Counted from the first letter of the whole stretch, positions 14,188-29,116 are shown. The stretch: DNA of 63,979 nucleotides, filler included, from Octopus bimaculoides (GCF_001194135.2; 5 parts of 5 records of this genome joined end to end with filler, not necessarily neighbours in it), one strand, 5' to 3'. The notes: generated from the letters alone by a model not told the origin. Program-made: numbers and translations.

Positions 14188-14500
14188 TCAAATTTCATTC
14201 TCACTGCATTGTGTGAAAGAAAGTACACATTGAGCGTATAGACATCTCGAGAATCGTTCAGAAATTCTATTAACTATCTTCTCGTTAGTCCGCAGAATAG
14301 ACATGGATTCCTGGGAGCAGAGACGGCATCTCCTCGAAATTATATTGTATGGTTTCGCATACCTTACTTTGGACCAATTAATGGTGTACTTCGTTTTATA
14401 CTCCTTCAGTCGCCATACAAAATCTGCCAAAGATGTTGAATTTTTAAATAGATCAGCTGTCTGCCCAATGTAAACATAGGGCCCTCCCCTTATGTGCACA
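14188..14500 (-). mobile_element. Penelope-like element GIY-YIG endonuclease fragment
   Basis: VYIGQT...LADFVWRLKE...INWSKVRYAKPYNIISRRCRLCSQESMSI...VNRISERFSRC matches the PLE 'YIG.T...W.I...A.PY....C.LC..EK..I...N.R.E....C' pattern. Confidence 0.75.
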
Positions 14501-14672
14501 GTACATTTATATACAAGATTTGTACTCATACAGAGATTCATCAAAGGACATTATGATTTTTCTCTGCATGAGTATTTATCGTACTTATTTGTATACAATG
14601 CAGTCCTAGCTCCATTTGCAACAGGATACAGCTACCGGCGTTGTTATCGTGCTAGCTGTATCATAAGTATTT

Positions 14673-14721
<49 letters not shown>

Positions 14722-17120
14722 GTAGTTGGTGTTTATCAATGCAGTTTACATCTCCTTGGTTGGTATTTAGATTCAGATGTTCGCTAGATCCAGTAGGTGG
14801 GTTATTGAACCTTTACCGCATTTTGCTATTGCTTATGCGATGCATAAGCTGCTCTAAATTAGCAGCTCTAAATTATGTTCTCATACAGCCGAGTTTAACT
14901 TAATTTTTCCTCATTTCGGGGTCGATAAATAAATTACAAAATTTGGAAATTATTATTTGTTAGATCATCCATTGTAGGGCTTTGTTCTATCTCTTACATA
15001 TCTCTGAGTCCTGACATAAACGTTTCCGACAATAGTTTTGCAAAGATGTAATGGTTATGCATTCCTCTTGAACGAATCCAGATTCCAATATATGACAACC
15101 TTCAATGCGTAGAGGGACGACAAATCTTCCTCAAAGATAAGCCTTCCATCAAAATACTCATTGCGATGAAAATTCCTATGTGCAGATAGTCATACATATC
15201 AAACGGCAAATGCTGCTGTCGTCTGTTTTGTATCGATACGTCTAACATTCATCATGGGACATGGCTTTATATCAATTCCAAAACAAACGGAAATTATATG
15301 CATTTAAAGGCCCAGGGAATAGAAAGTAGGAGCTTAAAACATTATTAGTGTAAAAATGGAAGAAAATCAGACAGCTTGTCCAGTCATTGAGAGGAAATTA
15401 TGAAACTCAAGAGAAACCTTAGTTAAATGATAGCTTCTATGAACTGGTGTCGGAGGCACCATGTATCATTCTAAATCTTTCTTTGAGAACGTAATGCTTG
15501 TGGATTTTCCAATATAAAGCCTGAAACAGACAGTTATATCTCTTGTTGTAGCTTTAATTCAAAAACAAAAAGAAAAAGAAAAAAAATCAACATCAGTTTA
15601 TACGAATGCGAGAAGCCGCAAAACAGTTATAATTTTCGCGAAAATCATTAATAATGAAATCATTAGATTATTAATGGAAAAGATAATTAGCAAGAAGATG
15701 AATTCATATTAAAATATGGAAATATTATGAGGTGACGAAAGAAAATATTTAGGAGAGAAGGATGCGGAGGAAAAAAAAAGGAAAAAATGCTTAATTTAAA
15801 ATATTTGCATTGCAATTTAACACGCACTCACAGAGATGAACACATTTGCAGACACACACTTGCCCGCACACATACATACATGCACACCCACACACGCATA
15901 TGTACATATATATACATATATATATATATNNNNNNNNNNNNNNNNNNNNNNNNNNNNNNNNNNNNNNNNNNNNNNNNNNNNNNNNNNNNNNNNNNNNNNN
16001 NNNNNNNNNNNNNNNNNNNNNNNNNNNNNNNNNNNNNNNNNNNNNNNNNNNNNNNNNNNNNNNNNNNNNNNNNNNNNNNNNNNNNNNNNNNNNNNNNNNN
16101 NNNNNNNNNNNNNNNNNNNNNNNNNNNNNNNNNNNNNNNNNNNNNNNNNNNNNNNNNNNNNNNNNNNNNNNNNNNNNNNNNNNNNNNNNNNNNNNNNNNN
16201 NNNNNNNNNNNNNNNNNNNNNNNNNNNNNNNNNNNNNNNNNNNNNNNNNNNNNNNNNNNNNNNNNNNNNNNNNNNNNNNNNNNNNNNNNNNNNNNNNNNN
16301 NNNNNNNNNNNATATATGGATGGAGAGGTGGATGGATGGATGGATGGATCGATCTATTTTATGTGTGTATGTCTGGTTGTATGTTTTTGTATGTGCTTGC
16401 GTGCGTGTGTATGATTGTGTTTTTATCCAATGGCAAAATTTCGTAGTAGAAATCTGTGAAAAGAAGACTAGAAAATTTTTAGAAGGAAAAGAGCAGAAAG
16501 TTACAGTAAAAAACAACAACAAAAGACTCTTTCAAAAGCTAGCTGAAAAATAATTAAATATATGGACTCGGATACAAAAAAAAAAGATATATTAAAAAAA
16601 AAACAAAATTCCTAATGGAAATAAAAGAATATTATCAAGATGAAGAGACATTAAAATGAAAACTAACGAAAAGACAATTAATTAAAAAAGCATTAGAAAA
16701 TATCGCGAAAACAAAAAGAATAAACGAAGATTTGGGATAAAATTTTACAAAATATAAAACAAATATGAAATTATAACGTAGCATGCGAAAAAACAAAACA
16801 CAAAAGCAAAGAAAATAAAAAGACAAATATGGAACCAGTAATCGTTTTGGAAATATTGAACAGCGACAAAGTGTAATGGCGAATTAACATATTAACGAAT
16901 ATTAAGCAAATTAGCTAGCTGTCTTCGTAATATATTTGCTATATTCAATGAGAAGCAGCAGATTCTTGACGTGCGAATTTCAAATTTAGTTTCCGCTTCC
17001 ATTTTTTTTATTACAAAAAAAATGTTCTTGTTTCGTTTCATCATCATCATCAACATCATCATCGTCATCATCATTACTGTTGTTGTTATGGAATTTTAAT
17101 TTTCATTATTCGTCGTTAAC

Positions 17121-17171
<51 letters not shown>

Positions 17172-17659
17172 AATTTGTGTATGAAATTTAATTATGTAAT
17201 TCGATTTATGAACAATTCGAATCTAATGAATTTGACCGCTCCTATAATGTGATAAAACTGCCTGCCAGGAATCCTATATAAAGACTAAATCCTTTCGGAC
17301 TTCATTATCTGCCAACCAAAATATAGATTATGAAAATACAAAAAAAAAATAAATAAATAAAATACAATAACGAAAGCAGAAATAAAACAAAAAAAAATAT
17401 ATATAAAAAAAGCAAGGATTATAAAACAGAAAAAAAGTGAATTATAATATAATACAAACAAACATATCTAATGAAATATGATTTTCAAATTTACTTCGTT
17501 CAAATTTAAAACAAATTGGAAGTTATTAATGCTTTCAATGAATCCCCCTAAACACTATTATCACAACTACGACTACTGTAGTTGGTGCTGCAGTAATTGA
17601 TGCTGCTGCTGCTGGTGTTGATAATTAGAATAATGGTGATGATAGCGAAGACATTAATA

Positions 17660-17935
<276 letters not shown>

Positions 17936-19683
17936 TGCATGGTTGTTATATAAATGATTTTGATAATAATAATGATGATAATAACATAATGATAATTTTT
18001 TCGAATTAAGCTTTTAATATTTTAATTCAAAATCAATTTATTCTTGCAAAATCACTTTCCTTTCGCTGCTGCAGTCTATTTAGCAGCTGTCGTGAAACAA
18101 TTACGACATCATTCATTACTCGAAACTACTACTTAGAGAAGCATAAACTTCGCAATTTACCACCTTCTGTTTCCTGTAAATTAAATCGTTATGTTTCCCG
18201 CCTTTACAAATGCAAAAATAAAAGAAACAATACTTCATGATTTCTCAAAATTTATTGTAGTTTTGATATTAAATATTTTGTACCATTGACATTGAATGAC
18301 TGGACATGAGGGTTGGGGGAATAATGGCTAGAATATCCATCCAAAGAACTAAAGAAGGGGAAGACATTTATTTGGTTAAAAAGTTCTGTATGTTACTGAA
18401 TGTGTGGACCAACCGGGTACTACACTTCTGTCCTTTCTTTTTCGATGTATTTTCTACGACTTTTATTTCTAAATTATTTCCTAGAATCGTAGGAATAGCT
18501 GTGTGGTTAAGAAATTCGCTCTGCAACCTCGAAGTTTCGGATTTAGTCCTACTGCGTAGCTCTTTTCGACAGCGTCTTCTACTATAGCCGCAGTTCTTAT
18601 CAATGCATTGTGAGTGAATTAGGTAGACGGGAAGACAGAAACTGTAAAATTATCGTATATATGTATGCATATAAGTGCGTGTGTAAAAATATAGCTTTGA
18701 GGTTGATCCTCGCCTCTTGGTAATAGGTATTACGTGTCCATAACATAGCGATTCGACAAAATAAAGCGGTAGAATAAGTACCAAACTTTGTATGTACAGT
18801 TGACGATTTGTTCAATTTACACTACAAGGAGGCTTTCCAGTATGTCCAGTATTCAAAACAAATATAAGAATAAATGGGTGTAAGTATATTACTAAATTCA
18901 TAAATAAGCCTCTAAATCAGTGCCTTTTAATATATTTATTGTAAAAAATGTCTGCTGCAAGTCTTTAGGGTGAGAGCATAAATTGCCCTACAATCTAAAC
19001 AAGACGGCACTCATTTTCAGATGAGTGTATTAGAGGTGTGTAAAATAAAAGAACATTGCACAAGGACATAATGCATCTTCCTTTCTGAGAACCGAATGAA
19101 AAATCTAACGAACATTAAGTGAGTTCCTTGTTTTCACAGCACCTGCAATTTTCACATCTATTTCAGTCTCCCACTTCCTATCCCTCGTGAATACGGCCGC
19201 GAGATACTTGTTTCAGTGGTGTCCTGGTAGCATGCATAATGTACTGGTATGACTTTCTTCAGATGACCAAGATCTCAGTCTTTGCAAATCATATTCTCAT
19301 CCCTGCCTAGCAAACTCTGCAATGAACCCGTTCAGTAAGTGATGACCCAAATAGCATCTTGTCGTCTGTAAATACCGGCCAAATGATCCGACGCCCATTA
19401 ATTATGATACCACCTTTACAAGGACAACGCATCTCTAATCAGTTCATAAATATCTTGAAAAAAGTGAGGAGACAAAACGCATTACTACCGAAATCCTACA
19501 CCCACGTGTAAAACTTTCGACATTGTTCCATTTACTCTATCTGTGTAGGAAAATAATGTTGATGAAGCAATCACTTGAGATCTATAATAATATTGAGAAA
19601 ACAGGAATAGACAAATAGTGCCCTTCATAAACATTTAGCACAGGTATTTTAAAATACTAACGTATGTTATCCAATAGGTTTAC

Positions 19684-20064
19684 TGGAGGCGCAATGGTAC
19701 AGTGGTTAGGGCATCGGACTCGCTGTCGTAGGATCGGAGTTTCGATTCCCAGACCGGGTGCTGTGAGTGTTTATTGAGCGAAAACACCTAAAGCTCCACG
19801 AGGTTTCGGCAGAGGGGTGTGGAGCACCCTGCTGTACTTTTTCACCACAACTTTCTCTCACTCTTACTTCCTGTTTCTGTTGTGACTGTAATTCAAAGAG
19901 GCCAGTCTTGTCACACTCTGTGTCATGCTGAATCTCCCCAAGAACTATGTTAAGGGCACACGTGTTTGTGGAGTGCTCAGCCACTTGCACGTTAATTTCA
20001 CGAGCAGGCTGTTCCGTAGATCGGATCAACTGGTACCCTCGTCGTCGTAACCGACGGAGTGCCA
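19684..20064 (+). mobile_element. tRNA-derived SINE family A copy
   Basis: Colinear with 8801-9174; aataggtt occurs on both flanks. Confidence 0.85.
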
Positions 20065-22530
20065 CGAATAGGTTAAATTACATATTCAAATAGACCTTGT
20101 TTCAAGCTAACAAAGATATTTAAATACGCTCTGGTTTATTTGTTTATTTTTTTCTTTCATTATTTATTACGTCTAAATTATCCACAAGACAGACAGACTT
20201 CTGCTGTGTAATTATTTTAGAAATTTCAATGTTTATTTCTCTCAGAACTTTAGGTATACATTTTTTTTGTTTTGTTGATTTGTTTTACGCAATGCAACAA
20301 AATGTTAAAACGATAAAATAGCAGCAGTAGTAGCTGTAGGGAAGGCTCAAACATCATTTTCTATATGATACCTCAATCACAGTTTAATTAACATAGATTA
20401 GGCATACAAGCGTGGCATGTGATTATTTATTTTTTTCTTTTTAAATTATTCGTTCTGTCCTTCTTTAAAACCAGAACAACGATAAAATGTGATCTCACTA
20501 TTTTTGCGTATGTGCATACACACTCATGCACGCACGCACACACACACATACACACATGCACAAACACACATACACACACAGACATTCATATACACAGATA
20601 CTTGTAAATAAGTGCTAACATGCTATCGCAAATATAGCAAGGTGTCAGTGTTTATATTGTGTGGTCTTCATGTTTATTTACCATAATAGCAAAAGGGACA
20701 TTAGTATTTTATTTACAACATATATAAAGTATTTCACTGAGTTACATTATGTTTTTGACCCGAAAGGATGAAAGGCAAAGTGGATCTCGGAGGAATTTGA
20801 ACTCAGAACGTAGCGACGGGCGATATACCGCTAAACATTTTGCCTGGCGTCCTAACGATTCTAGTAATAATGATTATATATTTTGGCAAAATACCAGCAA
20901 TTTTCTTGAGAGGAGATGAGTTGAGCCCAGTCCATGAGTGGTAGTTCTTTCAAAGGCTTGAAAGTCAAAGTTTACCTCGATGTGGCTTGAACTCAGATCA
21001 TAAATGTCCGGGACAAGTACCACATTGTTGGGGCGCAGGAAAAAGTAACAATGAATGACAATAGTATTAAGAATATCAATAATATTCAACCATGACTATT
21101 TGTTTTGCGCCTGCTGCCGTTACGTTCTGAGTTCAAATTCCGCCGAGGTCGACTTTACCTTTCATCCTTTCGGGGTCGATTAAATATGTTCCAGTTACGC
21201 ACTGAGCACGATGTAACGGACTTAATCATTTTGTCTGTCCTTGTTTGTCCCCTCTATGTTTAACCCCCTCTGGGTAATAAAAAAATTAAAAATAGCGCTC
21301 CTCATTATGACAAGCGCTCGTATTTTAAGTCGGTGTGGCCCACGCTGTCCGGGTATTCGTTACAACCTCAACTGCGGCCGACCATCGGATGCGTCAAGGA
21401 AGTGGCGATCTCGTTGGTCGGACCGGCTCATCCCACGCTGGGTGAATACCCTCGCAAGAACAATCGCAAGTCGTATGTATGTATGTATACGAAAGATAAC
21501 GAGTGACAACGGTGGTGTCACGAAGCAAACAGACAAATAGTGATACAAATTGAGTGAGTGGGAGGAAACAATGGTAATGTCAAAAATGTTAAATTTTGAA
21601 ACTATTAGAATTTGTCATACAGGTATACTACTTTTATCTGTGCAAATTAAACTGGCAACACGTGAAAATTTAAATTTTAACCATTTAAAACTAATATGGT
21701 CGTGGATACAAGAAACGTTGGAGTATTCGACGAAATATATTTCAGTTTTTAACTTTTATTTCGAAATCGAAACCCGGCACCGGCAGACGTTGCCTTTTAT
21801 CAGTCTGTGCATCGATGAATAAGAACTAGCGAAGTCTTAAAGTCAATTAGAATGAGTATTTCACTAACCCAGAAAATCTGACAAAAACCAATGCCAGCTA
21901 TCGATAATTTCAGGAACGATATTAAATCATATCTTTGGAATGCTATTAATTGTGACTGATCACGCTGTGTCATAAATTTGGTACTAAATGTGACTGATCA
22001 TAATATGATATAAAATTAGTGTTAGAAATGAGTGATGTAATACAAAATGACTGTTGAATATGACTGATCGTAATGTAGCGTAAACTCGGTGCAAAACCTG
22101 CTAGATCATACATCTATACCACCGTTTGCCAACCGCATACTCACATTAAAGAGCCCATTTATACGAATGCTTCAGCTATCAAAAGGATGTCGTAAGCATA
22201 TCTCAGTTACTATCAATAGCTCAGAAACAAAAAAGAAATAGCAGAAAAGTTAGGATTAAAAACTTATCCTGTCTGTAATATTTAATCCATTCAGTTACAA
22301 AAGATATCATCTGAGAAACGCTGATAGGTGCATTTAACGCATTCAGTTCGCTTTTACCTTACTTCTCCCCGACAAATGTTAGGATTTGTAAAATAATTAG
22401 TTATCATATTCTTTGCCGATGGAGATGCAAGGCACCAGCGTTTCTTAATACGGGATTTCTTAAATCCGTAAAGAAAAGTTAAAAAGACATTCATGTTGTT
22501 TTCCTTCTTTATGTGCAGTGGTGACTATTA

Positions 22531-22648
<118 letters not shown>

Positions 22649-22719
22649 ATTTGTATATATAATGCGTCTATGCCTTTATATATGTGATTCTACGTGCATT
22701 CATATGAATCTTTTCTACA

Positions 22720-23405
22720 ATAGGAACAAGGCCTGAAATTTGGGGGAGGGGATTAGTCTCTTACGTCAACCCAGTACTTAACTGGTACTTAATTTATCGA
22801 CCCCGAAAGGATGAAAGACAGAGTTGACCTCGGTGCTATTCGAACTCAGAACGTAGCAGCTGTTGAAATACCGCCAAGCATTTCGCCTGGCAGTGCTAAC
22901 GATCTTGTGTTAAGGCTTCAAATTTTGCCACAAGAGCAGCCATTTTTCGGGGAGGGGACTAGGTCGATTACAACGACCCCAGTGTTTCACTGGTACTTAA
23001 TTTATTGATTGCGAAAGGATGAGAGGCAAATATCAACTTCGGTGGGATTTGAACTCAGAACCTAGTGCCGGGCGAAATACTGCTAATTACTTTCCCCGAC
23101 CTGCTAACGACCCTTTTCTACTCTAGGTACAAGGCGCGAAGTTTTGGGGGGAGGGGGACCGTTGATTAGATCGGCCCCAGTACACAGCTGGTACTTAATT
23201 TATTGACCCTGAAAGGAAGAAGGGCAAATTCGCCGGAATTTGAACTCAGAACATAAAGACAGACGAAGTACCGCTAAGCATTTCGCCTGGCGTGCTAACG
23301 TTTCTTATTTCTTTACTGCTCACAAGGAGCTACACATAGATGGTACACACAGGGACAGACAAACTGATTAAGTCGATTATATCGACCCCAGTGCGTAACT
23401 GGTAC
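22720..23405 (-). mobile_element. Second cluster of SINE family C copies (three to four)
   Basis: Same core repeated at about 22790, 23000, 23190 and a partial at 23385. Confidence 0.83.
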
Positions 23406-24290
23406 AAGCATGTAGGAATTGGACTGTCTATGCATATAAAAATATCTGCAGGTTTATATACGTGCAACTTATGTATGGTATGCATATATGTATCGATCTA
23501 GCTACCTAAATACAAATATCGGTAGATTTATATATAAATTGGTAGAGAGACAGTTTAATAGATAGATAGATAGCTGGGTAGCTGGGTGATTAGCTAGAAA
23601 GATAAATTGATACACAGATAGACAGATAGTTAAGCATCACCCTATCAATTCTCCCCTCCTATCTGAAACCTTGTTTTGCAATTTTAGAGACTGTGACATG
23701 TAAATATGTTAATTATAAAATGTGCAGAGCATCAAATTGCGTACACCAGCTCGCTTATAGTCATATGTAAGCAAACCTACATACACACGCACACACACAT
23801 GCGCAGAGCTACGTACTACAGTACAATACACACAGAAATTTAGATGTAGGCATACATCTCAATACACAGGCAAACTCGCGCACGCCTACACAAACCTCAT
23901 ACATATGCACACTCACGCATGCACGTACGCACTCGCGAACACACACACACGCGCGTAGGCACACACACTTTTATATGTTATGTAAAAACGTCAGGATGCT
24001 TGAAGACAGAAGCAATTGAGTGACAGAGAACAAACAAAAAAGCAAACTTACAAAAACTAGTATATTTAGAAAAACACTCATGCGCACACAAGTAGGTGTA
24101 TAAGATGAGAACTATGCTTATATGTATGTGTGTGTATGCATGTGTGTGCGTGCATGTACGTGCGTGTATGTTGTTCGTCTACTGGGTAAGAAGTGCCTTT
24201 ATATTCTTGGTAAGGAATATAAGGGAAATTCCACTTAGATTTAGAACTACATGCTGCATACACTTTTGACATATGTACACTATTACACAC

Positions 24291-24329
<39 letters not shown>

Positions 24330-25602
24330 NNNNNNNNNNNNNNNNNNNNNNNNNNNNNNNNNNNNNNNNNNNNNNNNNNNNNNNNNNNNNNNNNNNNNNN
24401 NNNNNNNNNNNNNNNNNNNNNNNNNNNNNNNNNNNNNNNNNNNNNNNNNNNNNNNNNNNNNNNNNNNNNNNNNNNNNNNNNNNNNNNNNNNNNNNNNNNN
24501 NNNNNNNNNNNNNNNNNNNNNNNNNNNNNNNNNNNNNNNNNNNNNNNNNNNNNNNNNNNNNNNNNNNNNNNNNNNNNNNNNNNNNNNNNNNNNNNNNNNN
24601 NNNNNNNNNNNNNNNNNNNNNNNNNNNNNNNNNNNNNNNNNNNNNNNNNNNNNNNNNNNNNNNNNNNNNNNNNNNNNNNNNNNNNNNNNNNNNNNNNNNN
24701 NNNNNNNNNNNNNNNNNNNNNNNNNNNNNNNNNNNNNNNNNNNNNNNNNNNNNNNNNNNNNNNNNNNNNNNNNNNNNNNNNNNNNNNNNNNNNNNNNNNN
24801 NNNNNNNNNNNNNNNNNNNNNNNNNNNNNNNNNNNNNNNNNNNNNNNNNNNNNNNNNNNNNNNNNNNNNNNNNNNNNNNNNNNNNNNNNNNNNNNNNNNN
24901 NNNNNNNNNNNNNNNNNNNNNNNNNNNNNNNNNNNNNNNNNNNNNNNNNNNNNNNNNNNNNNNNNNNNNNNNNNNNNNNNNNNNNNNNNNNNNNNNNNNN
25001 NNNNNNNNNNNNNNNNNNNNNNNNNNNNNNNNNNNNNNNNNNNNNNNNNNNNNNNNNNNNNNNNNNNNNNNNNNNNNNNNNNNNNNNNNNNNNNNNNNNN
25101 NNNNNNNNNNNNNNNNNNNNNNNNNNNNNNNNNNNNNNNNNNNNNNNNNNNNNNNNNNNNNNNNNNNNNNNNNNNNNNTATATATATGAGCATGTGTATG
25201 TATATATATACATATATATACACAGAGATAGGAAAAAATATGATGAAGAATGTGTATCGATAACAACCAAAAGAAATTTCTAAAATATTACCGAAAAAAA
25301 AGAAATAAAACTAATATATATCAAGGAACCATATTTTGAATTATAGACATAGTCAATGAGTATGAGAGAGACAGATAGCTAGCAAAAGAAAGAGAGAGAG
25401 AGAGAGTTTTAAGTGAGAGAGAGATAATGTTAGGGAGTCTGAAAGACGAGCAAGAGATGGAAGGTGAGATGAATAGGAGAAAAACGTCTACAAAATGTAA
25501 ATATGTAGAAATGAGAACATCATTATGGTAGCATTTTCATCGCTTTAGAAACCGCTCTCTACCTACACCTCTCTCACAACACAGACACAGATATATATAT
25601 AC

Positions 25603-25657
<55 letters not shown>

Positions 25658-26480
25658 ACAACAGCGTGTGTGTTGTGGGTATTCCGTTCTCTCTCTCTCT
25701 CTGACTGCGTGTGAGTGACTGTATTTCCCATTCACCCATTCACTTCACTTCTTAATACACTTCTTCAGTGAGCAAGTCTTTGTATGCACTTATTTGTTTG
25801 TCTGACATCATATGAGTCAATCAATCGCTATGTGTTTTACTTTCTGTAAAATAAGATAAGCACATTCAACTTCTTGAACTTTTGTAATCTTTGTGTCCAC
25901 GGGTCGTAAGAAGTTTGTTTTTGTTTTTCTTGTTGTGAGCTATATATACCTTTTATGATTCTGTAGAACAGTTTGTAACCATTCTTCATGCGTGCTTATA
26001 CACATAGCTATATACAGACATAAATAGAAAAAAATAGAAAAATACAAGTATATGCGTACATACATGCATACATGCATATATACAGAATCTGGATAAACTG
26101 GGATTTTCAGCAAGTGAAATCGACTGGCTAATTGGTGCATTACGAGTGCTATCTGTGAGTGGAACAGTAAAAATATGCATGACATTTTCTCAAGTTCCAA
26201 ATGTGAATTTGTCTGTGTTAACTAAACTACATCTCCAAAATGGAACCTTACATCTTTGTTGGAAACCGGATCCCTCCTCAATGGAAGATTTATGATAATT
26301 AAAAGATCGAAGAGACGTAGATGCAGACATATATATACAGATACATATATGCATAGATATATAGATACATAGATACACACACATATATACTATATATATA
26401 CACACACTCTTTTATATACGAAGTGGTGCTGAAATGTTCTTGGCTTCGGCTAAAAGAAACTACAGGAGGATCAGTTACTT

Positions 26481-26750
26481 GTGATTTTATTTAAAATATT
26501 CCGATGCAGGTTCTGTAGAATTGATACGGCGGACGTCATCCGCATCATAAACAGTTTTCCGAAAAATTCCAAATTGTCGTCAGAATGGTATCTACCTATG
26601 CGATACGATGCAGTGGCTAGAAGGTTTTGTAATAAAGTCCATAAGAACGATAATCGAGAGGGTATAAACATAAGAAACTCATATAGTGCTGAGAGTATAA
26701 ATACACATAATATGACTGAATGCTGGTGATATGATCTTGTCAATACTTCA
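26481..26750 (+). mobile_element. Degenerate REL-LINE Zn-knuckle fragment
   Basis: CRFC...DVIRII...WYLPMRYDAVARR parallels the 53990-54110 region (CxxC...HII..CP...YLP.RHD.VA). Confidence 0.5.
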
Positions 26751-27394
26751 AAAAAAAAAAAATGCTAGCATAAATCAGCAAAATAATGCTACGGGGCAGA
26801 GAATAGAAATTATTCGCGACAGCTGAAATCAGTTACCCAGAAAATGTTAATATTATGATAAATATTATTGCAAACGAAAACATCTCTACTGACCTAATGA
26901 GAAAATTGCTTTCACTTTATTCAGGCCAGAGCTTTGAATATCTACCAATAGTTATTAGATTACTTAGATATAAAGTTTGCTGTTTCAGTAACATTATTTA
27001 CAAACTGGGTTTGACAAAGCGAGAAAGAACATGCCTTAGCAACTGATTAGAGCTACAGGCTGTCGAAAACAGAGTCGAAATATGTAAAACTTTCAAAATG
27101 TTTAGCAAGCGCTGTAAGCCACCTATGCAAACATAATTATACACGCAACCGCCTGAGCATGCTCACATACATATATATATACACATGTATACATATATAT
27201 ATATATATATATATATAAACATCCATATGTATATACTTATATATACATGCATATATATAAATACATACGCGCACGCAAAAACGCACACACATAGATAGAT
27301 ATGTGTACATACATATACATGTACACACACACTATTACAAGCAAAGAAGCGTAGAATCTTGTCTATATATCTATCAATCAATCTATTTCTGTCT

Positions 27395-27441
<47 letters not shown>

Positions 27442-28010
27442 CACACATACACAAACACATACACACAAATGCAAACATCCAAATAATTATAATACACTTA
27501 TATTTGTATGTGTGTGAATGTTTGTATATAGTATATATATACATGCATCCGTATAAGTGCATGTGTGTAAGAGCATTACGCATTACGCATTTCATACGCA
27601 TACATATGTATTTAATACTTACATAATATAACAAAGGTATATATAAGTGTACAAAGAAGCAGAAGTGAACAGTTTAAGCGTTTTAAGCCTCTAGAATTTC
27701 GTTTGCAATTCCAGCGATTAGAACTGCATTTTACACCATTGAATGCTAAAATAATGCTATGCACAGATGCAAATTATTTTAATAGTATACACACATTTGT
27801 AGATTTTTACACAAAACTCAAAGACAAGCAGCTGAAGAAGTTTAAAAATGTCGGCTAACAAAACTAGAATTAAAAGAAAAAGAAATACAAAGAGTAAAAT
27901 GAAAAGAGTAAAAGTTTAAAAAGAATTTAAAAATAAAGGAGGCTGCAATGAAATGCGGACAAACAACGGGAGAAATATAAAAGAAACAGTAGAAATGGAA
28001 TTCAGATTAA

Positions 28011-28110
28011 NNNNNNNNNNNNNNNNNNNNNNNNNNNNNNNNNNNNNNNNNNNNTTAATTAATTAANNNNNNNNNNNNNNNNNNNNNNNNNNNNNNNNNN
28101 NNNNNNNNNN
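28011..28110. other. Artificial 100-bp assembly spacer N44-TTAATTAATTAA-N44
   Basis: Identical structure at 28011-28110, 51160-51259, 59326-59425 and 62062-62161; the palindromic 12-mer gives stops in all six frames. Confidence 0.95.
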
Positions 28111-28403
28111 ACCCCACAGACACATGTACCCTTAACGTAGTTCTCGGAGGATATTCAGCGTGACACAGAGTGTGACAAGGCTGACCCTTTTGAATTACAG
28201 GCACAACAGAAACAGGAAGTAAGAGTGAGAGAAAGTTGTGGTGGAAGAAAACAGCAGGGTTCGCCACCATCCCCTGCCAGAGCCTCGTGGAGCTTTAGGT
28301 GTTTTCGCTCAATAAACACTCACAACGCCCGGTCTGGGAATCGAAACCGCGATCCTATGACCGCGAGTCCGCTGCCCTAACAACTGGGCCATTGCGGCTC
28401 CAC
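28111..28403 (-). mobile_element. tRNA-derived SINE family A copy (3' end at spacer gap)
   Basis: Reverse complement of the family A head and body. Confidence 0.85.
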
Positions 28404-28754
28404 ACCATATAATATATTAGTGAAAATAAACAGTCACATGATTGAGATCTCAAAACTACAAAATAATGCAGGATCAATTCAAAACAATTTAAAATTAGGT
28501 CGTTTTTGTGAATCATTGTGAGGTAATAACTTTAAAGAAGGTTGTTGTGTAAGGTTGGAAACAATACGAGAAGGTACAAACTCCTCTCACTCCCCTTACT
28601 CTCCCTCACCATCACTCATCCTCCTCTCTGTCCCCTCCCCTCATCAAGCCCACCCCACTCACTCTCATTATCCCTCACTCACCCCTAACTTCTCACCCAC
28701 TTCTCACTCACCCTTCACTAACCTCTCATCCTTTTTCTCTTTCTCTCTCTACAG

Positions 28755-28906
28755 CTCGTGTTGGTCTAATGCATATCGGTGTCTTCATCCTGCTGTTGCT
28801 CAGTGGTGAGCGGAACTTTGGTGTCCGACTCAATAAACCGTACTCTGTCCGAGTACCGATGGACATTCCTGTATTCACTGGTACTCATGCTGACTTCCTC
28901 ATCATT
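28755..28906 (+). CDS. HID1: HID1 internal exon (first visible; upstream exons absent)
   Basis: After polypyrimidine tract + acag; reads (S)RVGLMHIGVFILLLLSGERNFGVRLNKPYSVRVPMDIPVFTGTHADFLII, ends at gtaag. Recognised as near-identical to metazoan HID1 (dymeclin/HID-1 family). Phase 1 in, phase 0 out. Confidence 0.95.
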
Positions 28907-29116
28907 GTAAGTTACTCCTTGTTTAACTGTCTGTCTGTCTGTCTACTTAACTCTCTTCAATCTGATACACACGTACAGATACACATGCATGTTATAGCAA
29001 CATACGTACAATTTTCTGTCAACTGCTTAACTTCTAAAATTATCTCCCCTTATCCTTACTCTCCTCTGTCTCGTCTCCTCTTTTTCTTTATGAATCTTTT
29101 ACTCGTCTCTTTGCAG

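Noticed and set aside
28055-28066. Recurrent palindrome TTAATTAATTAA as a biological motif
   Set aside because: Always centred in exactly 44+44 N; an assembly spacer.
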